Below are positions 56,322 through 64,000 of a stretch of DNA of 64,000 nt, piece after piece (the stretch's first letter is position 1; each line of letters begins with the position of its first letter). Both the position numbers and the translations under genes were made by a program. The notes under the pieces are model-generated. The model was given only the letters and a program-made list of their open reading frames with translations. It had not been told where the DNA came from and did no database searches. The DNA is taken from the NCBI GenBank assembly GCA_965199855.1, contig OZ241326.1, positions 2,016,001 to 2,080,000 on the forward strand. Direction: 5' to 3'. This DNA is from a bacterium. GTDB lineage: Bacteria > UBA8248.

Positions 56322-58184
56322 ATGCTCGGATACCAAGGAAAAATCCTGCACGTCGACCTGACCGGCCGCGCGTCCCGCGTCGAGGAGCTGGACGAGTCCA
56401 TGGCCCGCCTGTTTCTGGGCGGAAACGGCTTCGGCGCCAAAATTCTCTGGGATCGCCTGAACCCGGGTGTCGATCCGCTCTCGCCGGAGAACGTCATCGT
56501 CTTCGCCGTGGGGCCCTATACGGACTCCGCCGTCCCCAGCGCGAGCCGGGCGTGCGCCGCCGCCGTCAGCCCGCTCACGGGGCTGTTCTTCGACAGCACC
56601 TTCGGGGGCGCCTGGCCCATCACCCTGAAGCGCACCGGACACGACGCCCTGGTGCTGTCCGGACGCGCCGATTCGCTCACGTATCTCCTGATCACCGAAA
56701 GCGGCGTGGAGTTCCGGGACGCGGCCGACTTGCGGGGAAAGCGGATTCGGGAGACGTGCGACGCCGTCTCGGAGCGCGAGGGCGGCGCCGACGCGCTCGC
56801 CATCGGGCCCGCGGGGGAGAACCGGGTGCGCTTCGCGGCGATGGCGCACACTTGGCGAAAGAGCCGCGACGGCATCAGCGGACGCGGCGGCATGGCGGCC
56901 GTCCTGGGCAGCAAGAACGTCAAGGCCATCGCCCTGCGCGGCCGGGCGAAAACCGGATTCGCGGACCCCAAGGCGCTCCGCGCCTTCGTGAACGACACCG
57001 CGGAGGACGTCCGCACGGGCACGGCGGCGCTCCACAAATACGGCACGCCGATTCTCGTCAACATGATCAACAAGATGGGCGCGCTCGGCACGCGCAACCT
57101 CATGTCCGAGATTTTCGAGAACTGCGAGCCCATCAGCGGCGAATACATGCGCGAGAACTTTCTGGACAAGGACACCACCTGCCTGAAATGCCCGGTGGCG
57201 TGCGGCAAGGACTACGTGATGAAGGGCGGCGCGTTCGACGGGCTGAAATGGAAGCTCCCCGAATACGAGACCATCTTCGCCCTGGGGACCATGCTGGGCA
57301 TCGGCGATCCGGGCGTCCTGCTCCGGGCCAACATGCTGTGCGACGAGCTGGGGCTGGACACCATATCCGCCGGCGTCACGCTCTCGCTCGCCTTCGAGTG
57401 CTTCGAGAAGGGGCTGCTGGGCGAGGCGGAGGTGGGCGCGCCGCTCGAATGGGGCGATTCGGCGACCATGCTGAGGCTTCTCGAGGACATGGCCCACCGC
57501 CGGGGCTTCGGCGACAGGCTCGCGGAGGGCGGCAGGCGCCTGGCGCGGGAGATAGGCGGCGAGGCGCCCGACCTCCTCTACGCCGCCCGGGGGCTCGAGC
57601 TTCCCGCCCACAGCGCCCGCGCGCTCAAGGGCATGTCCATCGGCTACGCCACGGGCACGCGGGGCGGCAGCCACCACGACACCCGCCCCACCCTGCAATA
57701 CGCCTCGGATCACGACAACACCTCGACGGAGGGTAAGCCCGCCTTCGCCGTCCGCACGCAGAACTTCACCGCGCTCGGCGACTCCATCACCCAGTGCCGC
57801 TTCACGGCCGAGCGCGGCTACGGAGCGATGGTCAACGAGAAATACGCCCGCATGCTGAACCTCGTCACCGGCTGGGACGCGACCGAGCGGGAGCTCGAGG
57901 AGACGGGCGAGCGCATCTGCAACCTCGAGCGCGCCCTCCACGCGCGCGAGGGCGTCGCCCGCGCCCAGGACGCCCTGCCCCACAGGGTGATGCACGAGCC
58001 CATCCCCGACGGGCCGCACAAGGGAATGCGCTGCCCGCCCGAGGAGCTCGAGGCGATGAAGGATGAGTTCTACGCCATCCGGGGCTGGGACGAGAACGGC
58101 GTCCCCACCGCCAAGACGCTGAAAAGACTGAAATTGGACGACGTGGCCGACGCCCTGGCCGCGGCGCCGAACGGAGCGGGCTGA
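56322..58184 (+). CDS. aor: Aldehyde:ferredoxin oxidoreductase family (tungstopterin) protein
   Basis: GYQGKILHVDLT, SPLTG, IGPAGEN, GRGGMAAVLGSKNVKAI, CLKCPVAC, PEYET, CDELGLDTIS, RGWDENGVPT. Confidence 0.92.
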   Translation: MLGYQGKILHVDLTGRASRVEELDESMARLFLGGNGFGAKILWDRLNPGVDPLSPENVIVFAVGPYTDSAVPSASRACAAAVSPLTGLFFDSTFGGAWPITLKRTGHDALVLSGRADSLTYLLITESGVEFRDAADLRGKRIRETCDAVSEREGGADALAIGPAGENRVRFAAMAHTWRKSRDGISGRGGMAAVLGSKNVKAIALRGRAKTGFADPKALRAFVNDTAEDVRTGTAALHKYGTPILVNMINKMGALGTRNLMSEIFENCEPISGEYMRENFLDKDTTCLKCPVACGKDYVMKGGAFDGLKWKLPEYETIFALGTMLGIGDPGVLLRANMLCDELGLDTISAGVTLSLAFECFEKGLLGEAEVGAPLEWGDSATMLRLLEDMAHRRGFGDRLAEGGRRLAREIGGEAPDLLYAARGLELPAHSARALKGMSIGYATGTRGGSHHDTRPTLQYASDHDNTSTEGKPAFAVRTQNFTALGDSITQCRFTAERGYGAMVNEKYARMLNLVTGWDATERELEETGERICNLERALHAREGVARAQDALPHRVMHEPIPDGPHKGMRCPPEELEAMKDEFYAIRGWDENGVPTAKTLKRLKLDDVADALAAAPNGAG

Positions 58185-58756
58185 GCTCTCGCGACCACGG
58201 CATGGCCTGGCCCTCCGCGGACTGAAAACCTCCCCTCCCCCGGCTCGGAGAACGGGGAATTTCCCCTGAAAACCGGGCGAAAGCCTCACCGGAAGGGCGC
58301 GGATCGTCCCGAAAAAGAGGCTTCTCGCCGAAAAATCGCGCCTTTTCAACGCTCCGAAACGAACCTCGCGCGCACCTGCCCGCATCTGCCCGCATTTGCG
58401 GCTGTGGGAGCGGGGCGGGCCGCGATATATTCCTGACGCGGGAGAGATGCGCCCGCGGGAGGGAGAGAAGGCGGCGAATCGGGGAGCAAAAGAGGGCGTC
58501 AAAAGGGTGGAAAAAGGGTGGAAAACAGCTGCGTATTTGCAGGATAAGGCCGTGAATTTGTATGTTTTTGTCGAAATTCGCAGACGTTCATCCGCGGCTT
58601 TCGCGGCGCGGGCGGAACCTCTCCGGACGCCCGAAAAGTCCCCTCCTCCCCCCGCGAACTTTGTGACGGGGCCGGAGAGCGAAGGCGGGAATGGAATGCG
58701 TCCCGGCGACCCGACGCCGCCCTCCCCTCGGGGAGCGTTCTCGCCCCCCTTTTTTC

Positions 58757-58990
58757 GACGCGAACGCCCTCGAAAACGGGCGGTTCCCGAACCCGCGCGG
58801 CTCAGGACGATCTACGACACGAGATGCGAAAGCCCCCCAAAACGGACGGTTCCCGAACTCCGTGGATGCAGGGGCGCAGGGATGCGGAGATGCGAAAGCC
58901 CCCCAAAACGGACGGTTCCCGAACTGAGGCCGCGCACGTGAAGCCTGCGGCGTGGATGCGAACGCCCTCGAAAGCGGACGGTTCCCGAAC
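58757..58990. CRISPR. Orphan CRISPR-like mini-array: 4 x 36-nt repeats, 3 x 30-nt unique spacers
   Basis: Repeats at 58757-58792, 58823-58858, 58889-58924 and 58955-58990 (inner two identical: GATGCGAAAGCCCCCCAAAACGGACGGTTCCCGAAC); exact 66-nt period; unrelated spacers; no cas gene seen in the window. Confidence 0.7.
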
Positions 58991-58999
58991 CGCCCCTAC
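58976..58999 (-). repeat. GTAG-type REP-like palindrome overlapping the last array repeat
   Basis: Minus strand GTAGGGGCGGTTCGGGAACCGTCC: GTAG tetranucleotide followed by a GGGCGGTT/AACCGTCC hairpin. Confidence 0.55.
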
Positions 59000-59111
59000 G
59001 AAAGGACGGCCGCGGGGGGCTTCCCCGCCATCGGCGGGAAGCGAGGGACGGAACGCGCGAATGCGTCCCATGAAGGGATCGGCAGCCGGTTTCCGGGGAC
59101 GGGAGAGACGC

Positions 59112-59219
59112 CTAGGCCAGGAGGTAGACCGCCGCGCAGACGATGAGCAGGGCGACGGCGGCGACCTTCACGCCGCAGGCGTCCCACCAGAGATGCTTGC
59201 GCTGTCTGTCCTGAACCAT
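59112..59219 (-). CDS. 35-aa single-TM peptide at the end of the Rieske/cyt b operon
   Basis: GGAGAAG-ATG; MVQDRQRKHLWWDACGVKVAAVALLIVCAAVYLLA*; begins 32 nt after the subunit IV stop. Confidence 0.55.
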   Translation of the reverse strand: MVQDRQRKHLWWDACGVKVAAVALLIVCAAVYLLA

Positions 59220-59251
59220 CTTCTCCGCCCGAGCGAAAGGCGCGGGGACGC

Positions 59252-60031
59252 CTAGATGTTGAACCAGGGGGTGACGAGCACGTATTTCACGTTGAAGCCG
59301 ATGCGCAGAATCATCTTCGCCACCAGCCCCATCATCGTCATATACAGGGACGACTTGATGAGATACCGCACGAGCCCCACGTTCTTCATGCGCTCCCGCC
59401 GCCAGAGGTAGTACGCCGGAATCGAGGCGTACCAGAGCAGCACCATCGCCGTCCCCGCCGCCGCCTGGCCCCAGTAGCTGCGGAAGCCCAGCATGTAGGG
59501 CAGGTCCACGTTCGTGAGCGCCACGACCTTGTGCGGATCCCAATACTCCCAGGGCATGAAGAAGTTCCACCCGGGCCCCCGCAGGAAGGTTCCCTGCACC
59601 ACCATCCACACCCACAGCACCAGAAACCCGAACAGGAAGGTGATGATGGCGAACCTGCGCTCGTGGAAGGTGTAGTAGCCGTTTCCCCGCGGGTTCACGT
59701 CGATGTAGGGAATGGCCATCAGCCCCACGATGATGAGGGTGGGCAGCACGACGCCCGCCATCCAGGGGTCGAAATACACGAGCATCTCCTGAAGCCCCAG
59801 GAAATACCACGGCGCCTTCGAGGGGTTCGGCGTGACGGAAGGATTCGCCGGCTCCTCCAGGGGCGCGTCGATGACGATCGACCACACCACCAGCAGGAGG
59901 GTGATGATGATCGCGCACATGAACTCCAGGCGCGTCAGGTAGGGCCACACGTGCACCTTGTCGTTGACCCGCTCCCAGCTCGTCTTCGCCATGTCCCCGG
60001 CCGAGCCGAGCACCCTGTCCTCTTTCGCCAA
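59252..60031 (-). CDS. Cytochrome b6 subunit IV-like (cytochrome b C-terminal) protein
   Basis: VHVWP, APLEEPANPSVTPNPSKAPWYFLGLQE (APWY variant of PEWY), IPYID. Confidence 0.85.
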   Translation of the reverse strand: MAKEDRVLGSAGDMAKTSWERVNDKVHVWPYLTRLEFMCAIIITLLLVVWSIVIDAPLEEPANPSVTPNPSKAPWYFLGLQEMLVYFDPWMAGVVLPTLIIVGLMAIPYIDVNPRGNGYYTFHERRFAIITFLFGFLVLWVWMVVQGTFLRGPGWNFFMPWEYWDPHKVVALTNVDLPYMLGFRSYWGQAAAGTAMVLLWYASIPAYYLWRRERMKNVGLVRYLIKSSLYMTMMGLVAKMILRIGFNVKYVLVTPWFNI

Positions 60032-60064
60032 TGCTCCCGCCTTTCCCCGCTATGCGACGAAGCT

Positions 60065-60853
60065 CTAGAGCGGCCCCGATATGCCCCCGTCCTTCCGGAT
60101 GCGCCAGAAGTGCACCATCATCAGAATCGACGCTATCAGCGGCACGACGATGCAGTGCAGCACGTAGAAGCGCAGCAGCGTGGGCGGGCCGACGATGGTT
60201 CCGCCCAGAAGCGCCGAGCGCGCGTCGAAGCGCGGGGTCACGCCCACCATTTCGGCGAAGGGCCCCTCGTGCCCCAGCAGGGGCGTGGCGCGCGCCATGT
60301 TGGTTCCCACCGTGACCGCCCAGATGGCCAGCTGATCCCAGGGAAGCAGGTAGCCGGTGAAGCTCAGGAGCAGCGTCAGCGTCAGCAGCAGCACCCCGAC
60401 CACCCAGTTGAATTCCCGGGGCGGCTTGTAGGAGCCCGTCATGAAGACGCGCAGCATGTGCAGCCACACGGCGATGACCATGGCGTGGGCCGCCCATCTG
60501 TGCATGTTCCGCATGAACATTCCGAAGGGGGCGTCGAACTCCAGGAACTTGATGTCGGCGTAGGCGTATTCGCCCACGGGCCGGTAGTAGAACATGAGCA
60601 CTACGCCGGTGACGACGAGATAGAGGAACAGCAGAAAGGTCACGCCGCCCATGCACCACGTGAAGCGGATGCGGATGGCGTGCCGCCTGATTTTCGTCGG
60701 GTGGAGGTGGAGCCAGATGTTGTCCACCACCATGAGAACGCGGTTTCTCGGTGTGTCCTCATACCCGTGACGGAACATCGACCGCCACACCTGGGAATCG
60801 AGAATGCTTCTCTTCGCCTGCTCCAGGCTGAAGCGCTCCTTCAAGCTCGGCAT
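60065..60853 (-). CDS. petB: Cytochrome b6 (cytochrome b N-terminal) with heme ci Cys
   Basis: [47 protein letters not shown]...VHF, GISGPL; GGAGG RBS. Confidence 0.92.
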   Translation of the reverse strand: MPSLKERFSLEQAKRSILDSQVWRSMFRHGYEDTPRNRVLMVVDNIWLHLHPTKIRRHAIRIRFTWCMGGVTFLLFLYLVVTGVVLMFYYRPVGEYAYADIKFLEFDAPFGMFMRNMHRWAAHAMVIAVWLHMLRVFMTGSYKPPREFNWVVGVLLLTLTLLLSFTGYLLPWDQLAIWAVTVGTNMARATPLLGHEGPFAEMVGVTPRFDARSALLGGTIVGPPTLLRFYVLHCIVVPLIASILMMVHFWRIRKDGGISGPL

Positions 60854-60898
60854 CTGGAACCTCCGCCCGACCGCGCCGGGCACATGGAAAATCTCGGA

Positions 60899-61453
60899 TC
60901 AGACAGACAGAAACGAGCCCGGCTTGTCCCACTCCCCCTTCTCGTGGCGAAAAATCTTGCCCTTGTCGATGAGCAGCTGCCCGTCCTCGGCCAGGCCGAT
61001 TTTCAGCCGCTCGAGCGGCCGGGGCGCCGGGCCCTCGAAGTTCACGCCGGTTCTCCTGAAGCCGCTGCCATGGCAGGGGCACTTGAACTTGTCCTCGGAG
61101 CCGAGATACTTCGGCGTGCAGCCCAGGTGCGTGCATATCGCGCTCAGGGCGTAGAAGCCCGCGCGCTCCCGGACGATCCACACCCGCTCGCTGTTCACGT
61201 AGCGGGTGTCCACCACCCCCACGGCGTAGTCGGCCGGATTGCCCGCCTTGAACTCGGTGGGAGGCTCGAAGAGGACGCGCGGGAACATGAACCGCAAAAA
61301 GCCCAGCAGCGCGATGCCGAGGCTGCCGAGGATGCCGAGCCAGCCCGTGTAGTTCATGAACCGCCTGCGGTCGATGAACGCCTTTTTCCGCTTCGCCTCC
61401 GCCTCGTAGTCGGCGGGCAACCTGATTTCAGGGGCTTTCAGACGAGTGTCCAT
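60899..61453 (-). CDS. petC: Rieske 2Fe-2S subunit
   Basis: DRRRFM Tat-type anchor, CTHLGC, CPCHGS, GPAPRPL. Confidence 0.93.
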   Translation of the reverse strand: MDTRLKAPEIRLPADYEAEAKRKKAFIDRRRFMNYTGWLGILGSLGIALLGFLRFMFPRVLFEPPTEFKAGNPADYAVGVVDTRYVNSERVWIVRERAGFYALSAICTHLGCTPKYLGSEDKFKCPCHGSGFRRTGVNFEGPAPRPLERLKIGLAEDGQLLIDKGKIFRHEKGEWDKPGSFLSV

Positions 61454-61777
61454 GCGAACGCCGCGCTCCCGTTTTCAATCCATCCATCCGGCCATCCGCG
61501 CGCGGGGGCGGCCCGCTTCCGGCTTCCCGCCCGCAGTCATCGCGCGAAGGTGAGCCGATTCGTTCGGCCTTGGCCGTGGGCGGCGCCTGGCCCGGCCGGA
61601 CGCCGGGGCCGTCAGGATGTCCTCAACAAATACCCGAAACCCTTATTACGGACGAAGCCGCCCCGTGTCAAGAGCCGCAGGCGAGTTTCTTCCCGGCCGC
61701 GGCCGCGAGCGTCATCCGGGGATTCTTCGCCTCGGACGCCGGCACGGCTTCGGCGCCTCGCGCCGCGCCTCTCCCCG

Positions 61778-62767
61778 CTAAAGTCCCGCCCTGTTCTTTC
61801 CCTTCACCTCCCTGTTCACCACGTTCACGGGCCATTCGCCCGAGAGGACGCGCCGCACCTCGTTGGGCGCGCCCTGCTGGAGGCCCACCATGGACTGCTC
61901 GCTGTACCAGGCCGCGTGGGGGTTGATGATGACGTTCTCGCGGCCGCGCAGGGGATGCGGGTCGGGCAGGGGCTCCGGGTCGGTCGTGTCCAGGGCGCAC
62001 CCGGCGATCTCGCCTGAGTCCAGGGCGCGAACCAGGGCGTCGGTATCCACGATCGGCCCGCGCGAGCAGTTGACGAGGAAGGCCGTTCGCTTCATCCGCG
62101 AGAAGGCCGCGTCGTTCATCATTCCGCGCGTCTGGGGGATGAGGGGCGGATGGAGGGAGACGAAATCCGCCCGCGCGAACACCTCGTCCAGCTCCGCCTT
62201 CTCTCCCGGGGCGTCGAACCGCCCCTGCTCCACGAAGGGGTCGCTGAACGCCACCCGCATCCCGAAGGCGGCGGCGCGGGAGGCCACCATGCGCGCGATG
62301 TTGCCGAAGCCCACCAGCCCGAGCGTCGCGCCAGCCAGCCGGAACATCGGCTTGCCCGGCGGCACCGCCCACTCGCCCGCGCGCACCCGCCTGTCGTAGA
62401 AGGCCACCTTTCTCGCCGAGGCGAGCAGGAGCGCCATCGTGTGCTCGGCGACCTCCTCGACGCAGTAGGTGGGGTTGTTCGTGACGATGATGCCCGCCCG
62501 CGTGGCGGCGTCCAGGTCGATCGTATCCACCCCGATGCCGTATCGCGCGATAATCTTGCAGGCCGGCATCTTCTCCATGTCCTCCTCCGCTATCGGCCCC
62601 GCGTAGGTGTTCAGCAGCGCCTCGCAGTCGGCGGCCTCGGCCAGAAATTCGGAGGGCGCCTTCGTCCGCATGGCGACGACTTCAGCCACTTCTCCCAGAA
62701 TCTCGTTCTCCACGTCCAGGGATTCCCAGACGTAATCCGTCAGCACGACTTTCGCCTTGCCGGGCAT
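61778..62767 (-). CDS. D-isomer-specific 2-hydroxyacid dehydrogenase (CtBP-like)
   Basis: RYGIGVD, GLVGFGNIA, NCSRG, PEP, PHAAWYS. Confidence 0.92.
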   Translation of the reverse strand: MPGKAKVVLTDYVWESLDVENEILGEVAEVVAMRTKAPSEFLAEAADCEALLNTYAGPIAEEDMEKMPACKIIARYGIGVDTIDLDAATRAGIIVTNNPTYCVEEVAEHTMALLLASARKVAFYDRRVRAGEWAVPPGKPMFRLAGATLGLVGFGNIARMVASRAAAFGMRVAFSDPFVEQGRFDAPGEKAELDEVFARADFVSLHPPLIPQTRGMMNDAAFSRMKRTAFLVNCSRGPIVDTDALVRALDSGEIAGCALDTTDPEPLPDPHPLRGRENVIINPHAAWYSEQSMVGLQQGAPNEVRRVLSGEWPVNVVNREVKGKNRAGL

Positions 62768-63011
62768 CTCTCTCCCCTCTCCGGTTGTCCGCGCCCATGA
62801 TGGAGCCGAAATTTCGCCCGGCGATGCTATCCCACGCCCGGGCGGGAATCAAAGCTTTCGCGCCCGCTCCTTGACCGGCGGGAGACGCCGCAATACCCTT
62901 GCGGGACGCTCGCGGGAAGCCGCGCCGTCCGGGAACGCTCCCGGGCGAGGGCGCGAGGAGCGGCCCCGCGCCCCGGGCGCGGCGGCTCCCCTCCCGCGCG
63001 GGAGAGATCGC

Positions 63012-63578
63012 ATGACGCGCGCGGATTCGCTTCGCCTCAGCCCCGGAGAATGCCTGCTACTCATCGTCGACGCGCAGGAGAAGCTCATGGCCGCCATGCG
63101 CGGGAGCGTTCGCGCGCAGGTCGTCGGACGCATCCGGACGCTGGCGCAGGCGGCGGCGCGCCTCGGCTTTCCGGCGCTCGTCACCGAGCAATACCCCAAA
63201 GGACTCGGGCCCACGGTGGCGGAGGTTGCCGCGGAAGTCCCCGGCTTCTCGCCGATGGAGAAACTCTCGTTCAGCTGCTGCGGGGCGGAGGGGTTCCTGC
63301 CCCGCCTGCGCGCCTCCGGCCGAACGAAAATTCTGCTCACCGGGGCGGAGACGCACGTCTGCTGCTATCAGACGGCGCTCGACCTGCTGGAAAACGGCTT
63401 CATTGTTCACGCGGTGGCCGACGCCCTGTGCTCGCGCTCGAAGCTGAACTGGCGAACGGGGCTCGCCGCCCTCGAGCGCGCGGGCGCGGCGCCCACCACG
63501 ACCGAGCAGGCGCTGTTCGACCTGCTCCGGGTCGCCGGCACCGAGGATTTCAAATTCCTCTCGAAGCTGATACGCTGA
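63012..63578 (+). CDS. Isochorismatase-family hydrolase (YcaC-like)
   Basis: VDAQEKL, TEQYPKGLGPT, KLSFSC, GAETHVCCYQT. Confidence 0.9.
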   Translation: MTRADSLRLSPGECLLLIVDAQEKLMAAMRGSVRAQVVGRIRTLAQAAARLGFPALVTEQYPKGLGPTVAEVAAEVPGFSPMEKLSFSCCGAEGFLPRLRASGRTKILLTGAETHVCCYQTALDLLENGFIVHAVADALCSRSKLNWRTGLAALERAGAAPTTTEQALFDLLRVAGTEDFKFLSKLIR

Positions 63579-63622
63579 CCCATACGCCCGCCCGGCAATC
63601 GCCCGACGAAGGACGCTCCGCC

Positions 63623-64000
63623 ATGCCGTCCCCGAAAACGAGCGTCGGCGTGCTGTTCGGCGGACGCTCCACCGAGCACGAGGTGAGCCTGGCCTCGGGC
63701 CGCGCCATCATGTCGGAGCTGGACGCCGGGAAATACGACGTCCTCCCCATCCTCATCACGAGAGCGGGCGCGTGGCGCGTCCTGCCGCATCCGGAGGCGG
63801 ACGCGGACGAGGGCCGCGAGGTTCTCTTCTCCGGCACGCCGGACGGGGGGGGGCTTCGGTGCGCCGCGAGCGGCGAGAAGATAGGCGTCGACGTGTTCTT
63901 CCCCATGATTCACGGCGCCTTCGGGGAGGACGGCACCCTCCAGGGGCTGCTCGAGCTGGCGGAGGCGCCCTTCGTGGGCTCGGGGTGCGCCTCCTCCGCC
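63623..64000 (+). CDS. ddl: D-alanine--D-alanine ligase (3' truncated by window edge)
   Basis: VLFGGRSTEHEVSLASG, DVFFPMIHGAFGEDGTLQGLLEL, PFVGSG. Confidence 0.93.
   Translation, partial: MPSPKTSVGVLFGGRSTEHEVSLASGRAIMSELDAGKYDVLPILITRAGAWRVLPHPEADADEGREVLFSGTPDGGGLRCAASGEKIGVDVFFPMIHGAFGEDGTLQGLLELAEAPFVGSGCASSA

Noticed and set aside
58757-58990. TIGR-type array or simple VNTR
   Set aside because: The unit is 66 nt with a single repeat and a 30-nt variable part, not a 36-nt dual-repeat unit. The spacers share no ancestry, unlike a tandem duplication.
58396-59255. ORFs across the repeat array (e.g. RCESPPKRTVPELR repeats)
   Set aside because: The 66-nt period keeps several frames open on both strands. 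There is no clear RBS or protein-like composition, and the unique 30-nt inserts fit a nucleic-acid array better.
3199-62017. Many long antisense or alternate-frame ORFs (e.g. 3199-4908, 8845-11037, 21040-23100, 24738-26738, 56310-58502, 59531-62017)
   Set aside because: These are shadow ORFs of real genes in GC-rich DNA: Arg/Gly/Ala-rich and without motifs.
1-64000. Genome-wide UGA reassignment (genetic code 4 or 25) as the explanation for the in-frame TGAs
   Set aside because: Many complete genes here end normally in TGA, often in ATGA overlaps. Only two TGAs fall at catalytic Cys positions with downstream hairpins.

Overview
GC-rich bacterial chromosomal segment, densely coding, with about 55 genes and no rRNA, tRNA, integrase, transposase or cas gene that I could detect. 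It holds mostly redox, catabolic and transport genes: a xanthine-oxidase-family Mo-hydroxylase lacking its 2Fe-2S subunit, a NitT/TauT ABC transporter, a TAXI-TRAP transporter, an NAD-linked formate dehydrogenase, an aldehyde:ferredoxin oxidoreductase and a b6f-like Rieske/cytochrome b operon. It also has a Tm-1/TIM-barrel to flavoprotein-UbiX-FdrA-amidase cluster and a 7-gene MoxR/vWA/DUF58 envelope operon. Three signals are missed by the ORF track. (1) Two genes are broken by an in-frame TGA exactly at a catalytic Cys position, each followed by a SECIS-like hairpin: a two-domain rhodanese (Y-U-QTGYR, TGA 12845-12847) and an AhpD/CMD-like protein (C-E-I-U, TGA 55104-55102). Both are probable selenoproteins. 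(2) An orphan CRISPR-like mini-array at 58757-58990 has four 36-nt repeats and three unique 30-nt spacers. Its repeats resemble type VI-B (Cas13b) repeats, are ordered A-B-B-A, and merge into a GTAG-type REP palindrome. (3) A 35-aa single-TM ORF closes the Rieske/cyt b operon where cytochrome c would be expected. Family assignments come from motif recognition by eye; no searches were run.
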